Below, one piece after another: positions 40,609-51,288 of a DNA stretch of 64,000 bases (positions are counted from its first letter, which is position 1; each line of letters starts with the position of its first letter). Made by a program: the position numbers and the translations under genes. The stretch lies in sequence record DRR723986_5155. The stretch is one strand, 5' to 3'. The notes beneath the pieces were generated by a model that searched no databases, was not told the origin of the DNA, and saw nothing but the letters and a program-made list of their open reading frames with translations.

Positions 40609-41568
40609 CTAGGATAGATCAGATCTGGTTATCTTGGCGCTGGCAAGCCATAGGTCTTCGGCGAGGCTCGGATCGACCGCAAAAGGCCTGACACCGAAAG
40701 GCCTTTCTGCTTCCAGTGAGGCTACGTCGCTGTCTTCGCAATACACACCACCAACTTCATCGAGAAGTTTACTCGTCGCGCACCATACCGTGGTTGCAGC
40801 TCCTTGTTGAAAGGACTTCATGTCACGTGCGGGGTCGATTACAGGGTTGCCGGTTTCGTCAATTGCGCCGAATGGCTCTATTTCGTCGCGGGTCAGGTGT
40901 CTTGCGAGGGGCCCTAGAATCGAGCCGGGATGGAGAGAAAAAGCCCGAACACCAGATTCTTTTCCGCGATTATCGAGAGCAACTGCAAAGAGTGCATTGG
41001 CTTGTTTCGACTGCCCGTAAGCGAGCCATTTGTCGTAGGGTCGGCGTTTAAATGCTAGATCGTCGAGGTCCAGACTGCCGAAGTGATGAGCCCTGGAAGA
41101 GACAACAATCACGCGGGCAGCATGCTTGGAAATCAGTAGTGGCCACAGCCGGATGGTCAGCCGGAAATGCCCTAGGTGATTGGTTGCGAACTGTCCTTCG
41201 TTCCCGGCAGCGTCACGAAACAGCGGGGAAGCCATAACTCCGGCATTGCAGATGAGCTGATCAATGGGGCGCCCTGAAGTCGCCAACTCATCAGTGAACC
41301 GGTCTACCGATTCAAAGTCCGTGAGGTCGAGCTGCTTTATTTCAACGCGCGGCATGCCGGCTAACGCAGTTCTAGCGGATTCAATATCACGAACCGCAGC
41401 TATGACTTCCGCGCCGCGCATCGAAAGGACGCGGGTAGTCTCAAGTCCCAGCCCTGAAGCTCCACCTGTGACAATGATTTTTTGCCCAGTGAGGTTGGCT
41501 CCACTGCTGACGTCTTGGGCCGTCGCCGCCGGTCCCCAGTTGGTTCCAAGGGGTGTTTGCAATGACAT
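40609..41568 (-). CDS. SDR oxidoreductase (retinol-DH-like)
   Basis: TGGASGLG, NAG, NHLGHF, YGQSK. Confidence 0.93.
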   Translation of the reverse strand: MSLQTPLGTNWGPAATAQDVSSGANLTGQKIIVTGGASGLGLETTRVLSMRGAEVIAAVRDIESARTALAGMPRVEIKQLDLTDFESVDRFTDELATSGRPIDQLICNAGVMASPLFRDAAGNEGQFATNHLGHFRLTIRLWPLLISKHAARVIVVSSRAHHFGSLDLDDLAFKRRPYDKWLAYGQSKQANALFAVALDNRGKESGVRAFSLHPGSILGPLARHLTRDEIEPFGAIDETGNPVIDPARDMKSFQQGAATTVWCATSKLLDEVGGVYCEDSDVASLEAERPFGVRPFAVDPSLAEDLWLASAKITRSDLS

Positions 41569-41664
41569 AGTGTGTTGTCTCCGATTGTGCGGTCCTTATC
41601 TGGCACTAATCGGTGGGATGAACTATCTTGGATTTACTCATTCTTTGTAGAGATCGTCCTAAAA

Positions 41665-42591
41665 ATGTCTATTGATCCGTTTTCCGAAATTCTGTACTTG
41701 ATCGATGCTCGCGGGGTCGTGTCGACCGGTTTGAAGGCGACCGGGCAGTGGTCAATGCAGGTCGGAAGTCAGGAGGGGTTGAAATTCAACGCAGTCCTCG
41801 AGGGAGAGTGCTGGCTCCAGGTGGAAAGTAACGAGCCAATTTTGCTCAGGAACGGTGATTGTTTTCTCCTGACACAGGGTTTTCCATTCGCAATGGCGAC
41901 GGACCTGTCCTTGAGCCCGCAATCTGCGGAAGAAGTCTTTAGTCGTTCGTCGGGACATTTCGCCAGGTTGGACGCGGGAGATGGCAATGAATTCTCCTGC
42001 ATTGGCGGGCGAATGCAGGCCGCAGACGGCCTCGATCTTCTGGTAGAGGCCCTGCCACGTCTGGTTCTGCTGCGCGAAGAGCATGCAGCCGCAGGCCGCG
42101 TCCGCTGGCTTCTTACAAGACTTGTCGATGAACTGGACCAGGACGCTCCAGGCAGTCGCGTTATGTCCAGTCAGATCATGCAGATGATCTTTGTCGAAAT
42201 GATCCGTGCTGTCCCGGCTTTTGAGACGGGAAGAGCGAGCTGGTTACAGGGGCTCTTTGACAGGCAAATCAGCAAGGCGTTGCAGCTCATCCATTCACAT
42301 CCTGCCAGAACCTGGCGACTCGAAGATCTGGCCTCGGCATGTAATATGTCCCGATCGCGCTTTTCAGCTCGGTTTCACGCGACCGTCGGAATGGCGCCGA
42401 TTGAATATGTTCTCAATTGGCGCATGGCATTGGCGCGGCGGGCGCTAAGGCGGGGGCAAGTGCCACTCTCGCAGATTGCCCGGGAAGTCGGCTACGCTTC
42501 AGAAAGCGCCTTTGGAGCGGCGTTCAAGCGCATACATGGTGCTTCACCGAAAAGATATGCCGCCAGCATTTTCAATCACACGACAATCTGA
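41665..42591 (+). CDS. AraC-family regulator (cupin N-terminal domain)
   Basis: DPFSE start; [21 protein letters not shown]. Confidence 0.93.
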   Translation: MSIDPFSEILYLIDARGVVSTGLKATGQWSMQVGSQEGLKFNAVLEGECWLQVESNEPILLRNGDCFLLTQGFPFAMATDLSLSPQSAEEVFSRSSGHFARLDAGDGNEFSCIGGRMQAADGLDLLVEALPRLVLLREEHAAAGRVRWLLTRLVDELDQDAPGSRVMSSQIMQMIFVEMIRAVPAFETGRASWLQGLFDRQISKALQLIHSHPARTWRLEDLASACNMSRSRFSARFHATVGMAPIEYVLNWRMALARRALRRGQVPLSQIAREVGYASESAFGAAFKRIHGASPKRYAASIFNHTTI

Positions 42592-43307
42592 TCCAAAAAA
42601 TCGCGAGTACGGTCATTTTTTGGGGCGGCGAAGAACTCGGATGGTGGAGCTGCCTCGACGATCTGGCCCGCATCCATGAAGATCACCCTGTCGGCAACGC
42701 GGCGCGCGAAACCCATTTCATGCGTGACAACGATCATCGTCATACCGTCTTCCGCCATGCTGATCATCGTATCCAGAACTTCCTTGATCATTTCCGGGTC
42801 GAGCGCCGACGTCGGCTCATCGAACAGCATGATCTTCGGTTCCATGCACAAAGCCCGGGCGATCGCAACGCGCTGCTGCTGACCTCCGGAAAGCTGACCC
42901 GGGTATTTCCCGGCTTGTTCCGGAATCCTAACGCGTTCCAGATAGGCACGCGCACGGTCCTCCGCGTCCCTGCGCTTCAATCCCCGAACCAGAATTTGCG
43001 GCAAAGCGCAATTCTCTAGAACGGTGAGATGCGGAAAGAGATTGAAGTGCTGGAATACCATTCCGACATCGCGGCGCACGCTATCCAGCTTCTTCAAGTC
43101 GTCATTAAGCTGAACTCCATTGACCAACACTGTGCCGGACTGATGCTGTTCGAGCCTGTTGAGGCAGCGGATCAGGGTGGATTTCCCGGAGCCGGACGGG
43201 CCGCAGACGACAATCCTCTCCCCGCTCTCCACGCTGAGGTCGATATCGCGAAGAACGTGGTAAGAGCCGTACCATTTGTTGAGAGCGGAGACGGTGATGG
43301 CTGTCAT
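42576..43307 (-). CDS. Amino-acid ABC transporter ATPase (AapP/BztD-like)
   Basis: [25 protein letters not shown]. Confidence 0.95.
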   Translation of the reverse strand: MTAITVSALNKWYGSYHVLRDIDLSVESGERIVVCGPSGSGKSTLIRCLNRLEQHQSGTVLVNGVQLNDDLKKLDSVRRDVGMVFQHFNLFPHLTVLENCALPQILVRGLKRRDAEDRARAYLERVRIPEQAGKYPGQLSGGQQQRVAIARALCMEPKIMLFDEPTSALDPEMIKEVLDTMISMAEDGMTMIVVTHEMGFARRVADRVIFMDAGQIVEAAPPSEFFAAPKNDRTRDFLDQIVV

Positions 43308-44386
43308 GAATGGCTCCTGTTTTTGACTGTCTCTTCCAGCCAGCGGGAATAGATCGAGATGGAGAAGCAGATCAGGAAGTAGATCGCCGCTACGAACAGA
43401 TAGGTTTCGGTGTAGGGCCCGGGCCAGGCAGGGTCCGTGGCTGCTGCGCGACCGGCACCGAGCATGTCGAACACGCCTACGATCATCACCAGGGAGGTGT
43501 TCTTCACCATGATGATGGCGGTGTTGGTCAGAGGTGGGATCACCTTCTGGATCGCCTGCGGCAGGATTATGTGCCAGACCGTCCGCCAGTAAGAAATGCC
43601 AAGGGCTTGAGCGGCCTCGCTCTGGCCTTTGTCCACTCCTTGCAGGCCGCCGCGGATAACTTCGGCAAGGTAGACGGCAGCAAACAAGGTCAACGCTGCC
43701 AGGGTGCGGCCGAGCTTGTCGATGGTCCAGCCTTGTGGCAGGAGCAAGGGCAGCAGGATCGAGGCGACGAATAGAACACCGACAAGCGGGAGGCCGCGAA
43801 CCAGTTCGATCAGGCCAACCGAAATCAATCGTGGAATCGGCAGGCTTGCTCTGCGTCCCAATGCCAGAAGCACGGCAAAGGGAAAGCCGAGGCCGAGTGA
43901 GACCACCGCCAGCAGAAGCGTAACCGGCAAGCCACCCCATTTGGAGGTGGGAACATATTCCAGACCGAGGAAGCTACCCTGCATGAGTGCCATCATTGCG
44001 ATGAGCGCCGCGCCCCATATGAGGATCAGGCGTCCGCCCCAGAGCCGGGGAAACAGCGACAACAGGACCATCGCCACGACCATGCCCATGACCAGGATCG
44101 GTCGCCAATGTTGCTCCGGCGGATAAATGCCGAAGAGGATCAGCCGCGCCTTGTCCTGGATATAGGACCAGCAAGCGCCGCCCTCGCGGCACGCATCGGC
44201 ACTGCCGGCCTGCCAAACGGCACCGAACGTTGCCCAGTTGAGCGCAGGGAGCATCGCGATGATAGCTGCCAGAACGAGCAGCGTGAGACATGTTGCAAGG
44301 ACATCCCCGAACAGCAGACGCCAGAAAGGTGTCGCTTTACGAATTGGAGGTGCCTTGGCCTCGATGGGGATGAAGTCGACCATGGT
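43304..44386 (-). CDS. Amino-acid ABC permease (AapM/BztC-like)
   Basis: [25 protein letters not shown]; start approximate. Confidence 0.92.
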   Translation of the reverse strand, partial: TMVDFIPIEAKAPPIRKATPFWRLLFGDVLATCLTLLVLAAIIAMLPALNWATFGAVWQAGSADACREGGACWSYIQDKARLILFGIYPPEQHWRPILVMGMVVAMVLLSLFPRLWGGRLILIWGAALIAMMALMQGSFLGLEYVPTSKWGGLPVTLLLAVVSLGLGFPFAVLLALGRRASLPIPRLISVGLIELVRGLPLVGVLFVASILLPLLLPQGWTIDKLGRTLAALTLFAAVYLAEVIRGGLQGVDKGQSEAAQALGISYWRTVWHIILPQAIQKVIPPLTNTAIIMVKNTSLVMIVGVFDMLGAGRAAATDPAWPGPYTETYLFVAAIYFLICFSISIYSRWLEETVKNRSHS

Positions 44387-44388
44387 CA

Positions 44389-45522
44389 TCAGCGCACCAC
44401 CAGTGCGACACGCGCATTGTACCAGTTCATGAACAGGGAAACGGAGAGGGAGACTGTCAGAAATACGGCGAGCATGATCAGGATGCTTTCAATTGCCTGT
44501 CCGCTCTGGTTGGTGATCGTACCGACGACGAGGCCGAGCTCCGGATAGCCAACGGCAAGTGCCAGGGTCGAATTCTTCACAGTGGACAAGTACTGGGAGG
44601 TGAGCGGGGGAATGATAACCCGCAGCGCCTGGGGAATGACGACATGTGCGAGAATTTGCCTCTCGGTCAGTCCCAGTGCCTGGCCGGCCTCCCACTGCCC
44701 CTTGGCAATGGCTTCAATTCCTCCGCGGATGATTTCGCCGATGAAGGCCGCCGTATAGAGAGTCAGTCCGATCATGAGCGCGGTAAACTCGGGGGATAGT
44801 TGTATCCCGCCTCGAAAGTTGAGTCCCGCCAGGACTGGCATGTCGATCCGAGGGGTGGCATCAAGCGACCAACTCAGGAAAAGTCCGGCACCAAGGGCGG
44901 CTGCGAATGGCCAGAAGAACCGTGGGTTGGACATAACACGGCGCCACCCCAGCATGGCGAACGCACCGGTGGCGGCGAAGGCAAGAAAGATCAAGGCGGA
45001 ACCGTCGAGCGCGATGGAAGGCAAAAAGACGCCCCTTTGCGACAGAAACACGCCGGGCAGCGGGTTGAGTGCGTCGCGCGCCGGCGGAAAAGCCGTGGTT
45101 GCCAGCGCATACCAGAAGAGCAGTTGCACGATCAGCGGCATGTTCCGCATCAGCGTCACGTAGCCGCCAGCCATGGCAGAGAGAACAGGATGGGAAGAGC
45201 GGCGTGCAAGCGCAACACCCAAACCCAGAACCGTTGCCAGCACGATCGCCATCAGAGATATGAAGACAGTGTTGCCGATGCCAACGACAAATGCCCAGCC
45301 AAAGCTGTCAGAAGGGTCGTAGGGCAGCAGGCTTTCCGAGATCGGAAACCGTGCCGGCCGCTCCAGAAACTCAAAACCGGTGCGTATGCCGCGCACTGCG
45401 AGGTTGGTTGTGGTGTTGCCTGCGATCCAGACAAGGAGGACGATCAGACCGCCCAAAAGGGCGATCTGAAAGAGCAGGTTGCGAAGCCAGGCGCTATACC
45501 AGAGCTGGGCGAACATCGTCAT
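44389..45522 (-). CDS. Amino-acid ABC permease (AapQ/BztB-like)
   Basis: RNMPLIVQL, GEIIRGG..GQWEAG, KNSTLA. Confidence 0.92.
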   Translation of the reverse strand: MTMFAQLWYSAWLRNLLFQIALLGGLIVLLVWIAGNTTTNLAVRGIRTGFEFLERPARFPISESLLPYDPSDSFGWAFVVGIGNTVFISLMAIVLATVLGLGVALARRSSHPVLSAMAGGYVTLMRNMPLIVQLLFWYALATTAFPPARDALNPLPGVFLSQRGVFLPSIALDGSALIFLAFAATGAFAMLGWRRVMSNPRFFWPFAAALGAGLFLSWSLDATPRIDMPVLAGLNFRGGIQLSPEFTALMIGLTLYTAAFIGEIIRGGIEAIAKGQWEAGQALGLTERQILAHVVIPQALRVIIPPLTSQYLSTVKNSTLALAVGYPELGLVVGTITNQSGQAIESILIMLAVFLTVSLSVSLFMNWYNARVALVVR

Positions 45523-45526
45523 TGCC

Positions 45527-46558
45527 TCACTGGAAAGCGAGCGGGAACATCAGACCGCCATTGCTGAAGAGGTGGTTGAAACCACGCTCCAGCTTGAGCA
45601 GGCTGCCGGAACCCAGATTACGCTCGAACATTTCGCCGTAATTGCCGAGCGCCTTCACGATCCGGTAAGCAAAATCTTCACTCAGCCCGAGAGCCTGTCC
45701 GTTGCCCGGATCCTGTCCGAGGAACCGGCGAACGCGCGGATCGCTGCTGTCTGCGAACTCATCAATGTTCTCCTGGGTGATACCGAACTGTTCTGCCGCG
45801 ACCATGGCCTGGATAGACCAGGTCACGATGTCCATCCACTGGTCATCGCCGTGGCGCACGGCAGGTGTCAGAGCGTCCATATAGCGGGTTGCGGGAAAGA
45901 TCAGATAGTCGTCCGGATTCGGAGCCTCGGTTGCACGGATCGAGGCAAGGCCTGCTGCGTCGGTGATCAGCGCATCGCAGCGGCCTGCAAAGAAGGCCTG
46001 GCGGGTGGCGGAGGTATTGTCGAAGATGACGACGTTCAGGCCGAGGTTGTGCTCGGTCGACACATCATTGACCACGACCTCGGTGGTGGAACCCGTTTGC
46101 ACGCAGACGGAAGCGCCCTGCATGTCCTCCACCCGCGTGATGCCGAGCGACTTCGGCATCAGGAAACCGGTGTATTCATAGTAGTTCGGTGTGGTGAAGT
46201 TGATACCGTTGCCATCGCGCTGCAACGTCCAGGTCAGCGTGCGCGGAAGGACGTCGATTTCACCGGTCTGGAGGGCAGGTATGCGTTGCTGACCCGTCAG
46301 GGGCACGAAGTCGACCGCATCCTTGTCGTCCAGTACCGCGACCGCCACCGCACGACAGGTTTCGACGTCCAGTCCACGCCAGTAGCCATTGCTGTCGGGC
46401 GCTCCAAAGCCAACCGCGCCCTGGCTGGAACCGCAGATCAAACGTCCGCGCTCCTTGACGGCCTCCAGCGTTGATTTCGACTGTGCGCCTACATTTCCTG
46501 GCAACATCGCCAGGGCGGTCACCGCAAGTCCCAAGGCGAGTCCTGATTTCAGTGTCAT
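45527..46558 (-). CDS. Amino-acid ABC substrate-binding protein (AapJ/BztA-like)
   Basis: Signal peptide; TLEAVKERGRLICG, GNYGEMFERN. Confidence 0.93.
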   Translation of the reverse strand: MTLKSGLALGLAVTALAMLPGNVGAQSKSTLEAVKERGRLICGSSQGAVGFGAPDSNGYWRGLDVETCRAVAVAVLDDKDAVDFVPLTGQQRIPALQTGEIDVLPRTLTWTLQRDGNGINFTTPNYYEYTGFLMPKSLGITRVEDMQGASVCVQTGSTTEVVVNDVSTEHNLGLNVVIFDNTSATRQAFFAGRCDALITDAAGLASIRATEAPNPDDYLIFPATRYMDALTPAVRHGDDQWMDIVTWSIQAMVAAEQFGITQENIDEFADSSDPRVRRFLGQDPGNGQALGLSEDFAYRIVKALGNYGEMFERNLGSGSLLKLERGFNHLFSNGGLMFPLAFQ

Positions 46559-46592
46559 TTTATTTTCCCTTCTGATTGGTGATTGGTCTCCG

Positions 46593-47771
46593 CTATGCTG
46601 CGGCTTCTTCTGGCTTTAGGAGGATGGAAAACAGGGCCTCGAGGTCACCCCACAGGTCGGTCTCGTCCTCGAGGCCGACATAGATCCGCAGGATCGTTCG
46701 CTCGTTGCGCGGATGGGGGACGGTTCGTTGGGTTTTGACACTCATCGGCGCTATGAGGCTGCGGGTGCCTCCCCAACTCGATCCGATGGCGAACACTTTC
46801 AATCGGTCGAGAGCTTCATCGAGGCGCGCCTCGGCGCTCGATGGCAGAACGACGCTGAACAGTCCGCTGGAGCCGGTGAAGTCCCGTTGCCAGACTTCAT
46901 GACCGGGACATTCGGGCATCGCCGGATGAAGGATCTCGCCAATACCCGGCATGTGCTTGAGGCGCTTCGCGAATTCCAGTGCGACGCGGCCCGCATGAGC
47001 AACGCGCACAGCCATGGTTTCGATGCCGCGCAGGGCGAGCGCTGCCTCATCCGGCGAAATGCCGAGGCCGAGCATGCGCATCGTGTCACGCAGGCGCCGC
47101 CGCAGGTCCAAGTCCGAAACCGTGACTGAACCAAGCAGAAGATCCGAATGGCCCCCAACGTATTTGGTCAGCGCCTGCATCGAAAAATCGACGCCATGGA
47201 CAAGCGGCTTGAACAGAAGAGGTGTTGCCCAGGTATTGTCGATGCCTGTCAGGATACCGTGACGCTTGGCGAGAGCCACGATCGCTGGAACATCCTGAAC
47301 CTCCATCGTGGTCGAACCGGGGCTTTCCATCCAGATCAGCTTGACGCTCGGATCGATCAGCTCCGCCAGATCGGCGCCGTCCGGGCGGTAGATCCTGAAA
47401 CCGATCCCGCGCGGGGCGAGAAAGTCCCGGCAGAGTCCGGCGACAGGTGGATAGGCGCTGTCTGAAATCAGAATGGTGTCACCCGGCATCAGCACCGTCA
47501 GCATGATCATGGCGATTGCCGCCTGGCCGGACGACATGAGAACTGTTCGCACCCCGCCTTCCAGGGCGGTCAGTTGCGCTTCCAGGGTGCGCGTCGTCGG
47601 CGTGCCGTGGAGGCCGTAGGAATAGCCGTCGAGATCTCTTTGACCACGCGAGGCATAGGCCTGCGCGGTTTCGAACAATATGGTCGAGGCGCGATGTGTG
47701 GGAACTGCCAGGCTGGCAAACCCGTCCTCGGAAACCTTGGGGTGGATTGTGCAAAGGGAAGCGTCTTGCAT
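46593..47771 (-). CDS. metC: Cystathionine beta-lyase-like PLP enzyme
   Basis: YGLHGTPT, ESPGS, DNTWATP, TKYVGGHSD, SWGG. Confidence 0.88.
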   Translation of the reverse strand: MQDASLCTIHPKVSEDGFASLAVPTHRASTILFETAQAYASRGQRDLDGYSYGLHGTPTTRTLEAQLTALEGGVRTVLMSSGQAAIAMIMLTVLMPGDTILISDSAYPPVAGLCRDFLAPRGIGFRIYRPDGADLAELIDPSVKLIWMESPGSTTMEVQDVPAIVALAKRHGILTGIDNTWATPLLFKPLVHGVDFSMQALTKYVGGHSDLLLGSVTVSDLDLRRRLRDTMRMLGLGISPDEAALALRGIETMAVRVAHAGRVALEFAKRLKHMPGIGEILHPAMPECPGHEVWQRDFTGSSGLFSVVLPSSAEARLDEALDRLKVFAIGSSWGGTRSLIAPMSVKTQRTVPHPRNERTILRIYVGLEDETDLWGDLEALFSILLKPEEAAA

Positions 47772-47872
47772 AAGATTTTCCTGATTGATGTATCGCTATG
47801 AAACGGAAGCGGGCCTAGAAAATCTACTGATCGATCGCTATAACTCTATGCGTTCAGGTAATAGGTTTGGCC

Positions 47873-48775
47873 ATGAATTTCCGTCATCTCGAAGCGTTCC
47901 ACACTGTGATGATTGCCGGATCGACGGTGCGCGCGGCAGAACTACTGCAAGTCACGCAACCGGCTGTCAGCCGAAGCATTGCGGACCTGGAGGCTTCGAT
48001 CGGCTTCGCGCTTTTTGATCGAGTGCGTGGGCGGCTCGTTCCGACCCCGGAAGGACAAATGTTCTTTCGCGAGGTGACTGCCAGCTATCGCGGACTTGAT
48101 CGGCTGCGAGCCGCGGCGGCTTCAATCCGTGACTACGGCTCTGGCGCATTGCGCATCGGTTCTCTGTCGGCAATGGGCTCTACGCTTGTCGCGCGCGCGA
48201 TCCAGCGGTTCCGGCTGGACAATCCTAAGATCAAGATCACCTTGCAGGTTACGAGTTCGGCTTCGATCCGCAATATGGTTGCGGACGGCAACCTGGACAT
48301 CGGCCTGGCCGCCGACGAGATCGACAAATCCGGCGTCGACGCGCAACTGTTTGTCAGCATTCCCGGTGTCATTGCTCTTGCGCCTGATCATCCGCTGACC
48401 GCAAAGCCCGTCCTTACACCTGCCGATATCGCCGCTTACCCGTTCATTGGTCTGGCACCGGAAGACAGGGCGCGCCACAGGCTGGACGCCGTGATGGCTG
48501 CGGCAGGCGAAAGCCTGAATATCGTTGTTGAAACGCCGAGTTCCAACACAATCTGCGCACTGGCGCTTAGCGGAGATGCAATTGGTCTGGTTAACCCGAT
48601 TTCAACGGAAGGGTTTTCCGAGCGCGGCCTGGTTCTGCGCTCTTTTGTCCCCGATGTTCCATTCCGAGCCTTGATCCTCTTCCGGCCAGACGCCCAAAAG
48701 GCCCGGTTGGTGCGCGCATTCGCAACAGTGCTCTACGATATGCGTAACAATATGAGTTTTCATGGCTCGCCTTAG
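47873..48775 (+). CDS. LysR-family regulator
   Basis: MNFRHLEAF..TQPAVSRSIADLE. Confidence 0.95.
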   Translation: MNFRHLEAFHTVMIAGSTVRAAELLQVTQPAVSRSIADLEASIGFALFDRVRGRLVPTPEGQMFFREVTASYRGLDRLRAAAASIRDYGSGALRIGSLSAMGSTLVARAIQRFRLDNPKIKITLQVTSSASIRNMVADGNLDIGLAADEIDKSGVDAQLFVSIPGVIALAPDHPLTAKPVLTPADIAAYPFIGLAPEDRARHRLDAVMAAAGESLNIVVETPSSNTICALALSGDAIGLVNPISTEGFSERGLVLRSFVPDVPFRALILFRPDAQKARLVRAFATVLYDMRNNMSFHGSP

Positions 48776-49123
48776 CCAGGCTATACGAAGACGGTAAGCC
48801 GTTGCTGTTCGAGCCTGTTCTTAAGTATGGCAGGTCTTAGACCTAGTGTGTGGCGACTAGAGACCTCCAGACGATGTATCTCTACGGACCGTTTCGCTCA
48901 TGATCTGGGCGTGATGAAGCTCAAACCTTATGAGGAAATTGCTGTGTGAATGTTGCCTCCATACGGGGAGCGACGCTTGTGCAGCGATCATCTGTCTTCT
49001 CAGACGAACGCTAAAATTTCCGATTTCTCATGAGCGAGCTTTCATTTCAGATCTCCAAACCTCCGGTACGAGATCGCCCACCAAACTATGCGTTGCGTAT
49101 GCGCACGCAAACGGAGACATCTT

Positions 49124-50059
49124 ATGAAACAGGAAACAAGTACCTCCTTTGAGAGCGTTAAACGCTCCGGCAGGTCGGGTACCGAAGAGTTGGTGCCGTC
49201 ACGCTACGCGCTGAACATCGGGGATATCGAGGTTCTGGTCGTCAGCGATGGTGTTCTGCCGCTACCAACCGAAATGTTGGGGCACAATGTGAAAGCATCC
49301 GACCGAGCAGCTTGGATGTCCGACATGTTTCTGCCGCCGGATTCTTTCGACTGGTCCCTCAACGTGGTCGTTGTCCGCAGCGGCGACCAGACGATCCTGG
49401 TCGATGCGGGCCTTGGCCTGGATCCTGATCTGAACCTGCCGAGAGCCGGGCAACTGATCAAACGCCTGGACGCAGTTGGCATCGACCTTGGTTCGGTCAC
49501 AGACGTGGTGCTCACCCATATGCATATGGACCATGTCGGCGGTCTCCTTGTCGAGGGTGTGAAAGACCGACTACGTCCGGACCTTCGGATCCACGTTGCG
49601 GCCGCCGAGGTGAAATTCTGGGAAGCACCCGACTTCACCCACGCTTTCATGCCACAGGGGTTCCCCGCAGCATTGACAGCAACTGCGAAGCGTTTTGCTG
49701 ACCTGTACCGTGAAAACCTTTGCCAATTCGACGAAAAATTCGAGGTTGCACCGGGCGTGGTAGCTCATCGCACCGGCGGACATACTCCGGGGCACAGTGT
49801 CGTTCGCCTTGCATCGGGCGATGATCGCCTGACGTTTGCCGGCGATGCCGTTTTCGCGGTCGGTTTCGATCACCCAGACTGGCATAATGGTTTCGAGCAT
49901 GATCCCGAGGAAGCGGCTCGCGTTCGCGTGCGTCTTTTGGATGAACTTGCCGGGTCTGGTGAACAGTTGGTGGCAACACACCTGCCATTTCCGTCTGTTG
50001 GCAGGGTTGCGAAAGACGGCGACACCTACAGGTGGGTGCCGGTCTTTTGGGATTACTGA
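49124..50059 (+). CDS. Metallo-beta-lactamase-fold hydrolase
   Basis: THMHMDHVGG, GHTPGH, GD, ATH. Confidence 0.93.
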   Translation: MKQETSTSFESVKRSGRSGTEELVPSRYALNIGDIEVLVVSDGVLPLPTEMLGHNVKASDRAAWMSDMFLPPDSFDWSLNVVVVRSGDQTILVDAGLGLDPDLNLPRAGQLIKRLDAVGIDLGSVTDVVLTHMHMDHVGGLLVEGVKDRLRPDLRIHVAAAEVKFWEAPDFTHAFMPQGFPAALTATAKRFADLYRENLCQFDEKFEVAPGVVAHRTGGHTPGHSVVRLASGDDRLTFAGDAVFAVGFDHPDWHNGFEHDPEEAARVRVRLLDELAGSGEQLVATHLPFPSVGRVAKDGDTYRWVPVFWDY

Positions 50060-50375
50060 TGATCCGCTGAAATGAGATCGGACCGGGTAGGATGAGCCGA
50101 CAGGCGGTGCCCGGTTCCTTCAGCGACGTTTCCGGCAAATCCGTTGATAACGGCAACCGTGATCGCTCGTGGCCCCATATGAAAGCAGCCCCCGGGTATT
50201 CGCTTCTGCTTTGCAGCCAGCGGCCCGGGGGTGTCGTAGCTTTGAAAGATCGTCAGACTTGGTGAAGAGCTTAATTATCTTCGTGAGAAACTGAAATCGG
50301 ACGATCTCGGAAAGGGTTCCTGACGCCTAACATGTATTCAGGTAGGCTTCGGCGTAAACGGAGATCCAGCCGGAC

Positions 50376-50927
50376 ATGCCCGACGACATCCAGACGCTTG
50401 CAGATTTCATCCGCTGGGAAGATCGCCAGCCGGATCGGCACGAGTTCGTCAACGGTGTCGTCATCGAGCGCGGAGGCTTCGTCGCCGTCCAGGCGGATAT
50501 CGCCGCCAATGTTCTGATCGCGTTGAAGACGAGATTGAAGAGCCATCGATGCCGGGCTTTCGGATCGGGAATTCGGATCCGGACACCCGAGACCGGGAGC
50601 CTTCGATATCCGGCCGCCTCCATCGATTGCGGTGAATTCCATCCCGATGCCAAGGATCCCGAGAAGCCGACCGTCGTTTTCGACGTCGTGTCCGCGAGCG
50701 CGGAGATCACGGATCTGGAACAGCGGCGACGAGACTACGGTTCGGTGCCGACCATTACCGACTACGTCGTCATCAGATACGACGTCGTTTCCGTCGAAAT
50801 CTGGCGACGAGCCGAGGATGGCACCCTTCGATGCCCGGGCGCGATCACAGATTTCAATTCCGTCATCGAACTTCCCGAGATCGGTGTCGAGATCCCGATG
50901 AAGGATGTCTACGACGGGGCGGGGTGA
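50376..50927 (+). CDS. Uma2 (DUF820) family endonuclease-fold protein, possibly inactive
   Basis: RHEFVNG, PTVVFDVVS pattern; the usual PD, E and K positions appear substituted (YPA, FD). Confidence 0.8.
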   Translation: MPDDIQTLADFIRWEDRQPDRHEFVNGVVIERGGFVAVQADIAANVLIALKTRLKSHRCRAFGSGIRIRTPETGSLRYPAASIDCGEFHPDAKDPEKPTVVFDVVSASAEITDLEQRRRDYGSVPTITDYVVIRYDVVSVEIWRRAEDGTLRCPGAITDFNSVIELPEIGVEIPMKDVYDGAG

Positions 50928-50955
50928 AGTCGTGATGTTGTCGGGCGAGGGCGGG

Positions 50956-50980
50956 AACGTGGAAGGAATTCCTCCACGTT
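50956..50980. repeat. Single copy of the 25-bp variable palindrome
   Basis: AACGTGGAAG GAATT CCTCCACGTT. Confidence 0.85.
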
Positions 50981-51288
50981 CAATTTCGCGACCCAACGTG
51001 TCAGAGATATTCAGGTTCACCGAAGTCTTGGTTTCTGAAGGGGGACATCTCCTGCAATGAGCCCATCGCATGACTGTTGGTAAGCAACCCGTTCGCCCAG
51101 ATACAACTAGGCTTTTCCACACAAAATCATGAAGTAACAGACAAAAGTGCCCCTCACTGCGTATTCAGCAATGAGTAGCAACGCTAATTTTTGAAGATCC
51201 GAAATTGCGTTCGCCTCGATAAAAAGTGGACGAACGCGGAACCATGTCAGGGAAGATTCTTTTTTGAGAAGGTGATTACTCGCAGCCG

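Noticed and set aside
43308-43940. N-terminal extension of the ABC ATPase ORF
   Set aside because: It overlaps the permease in another frame; the likely start is MTAITV at 43307.
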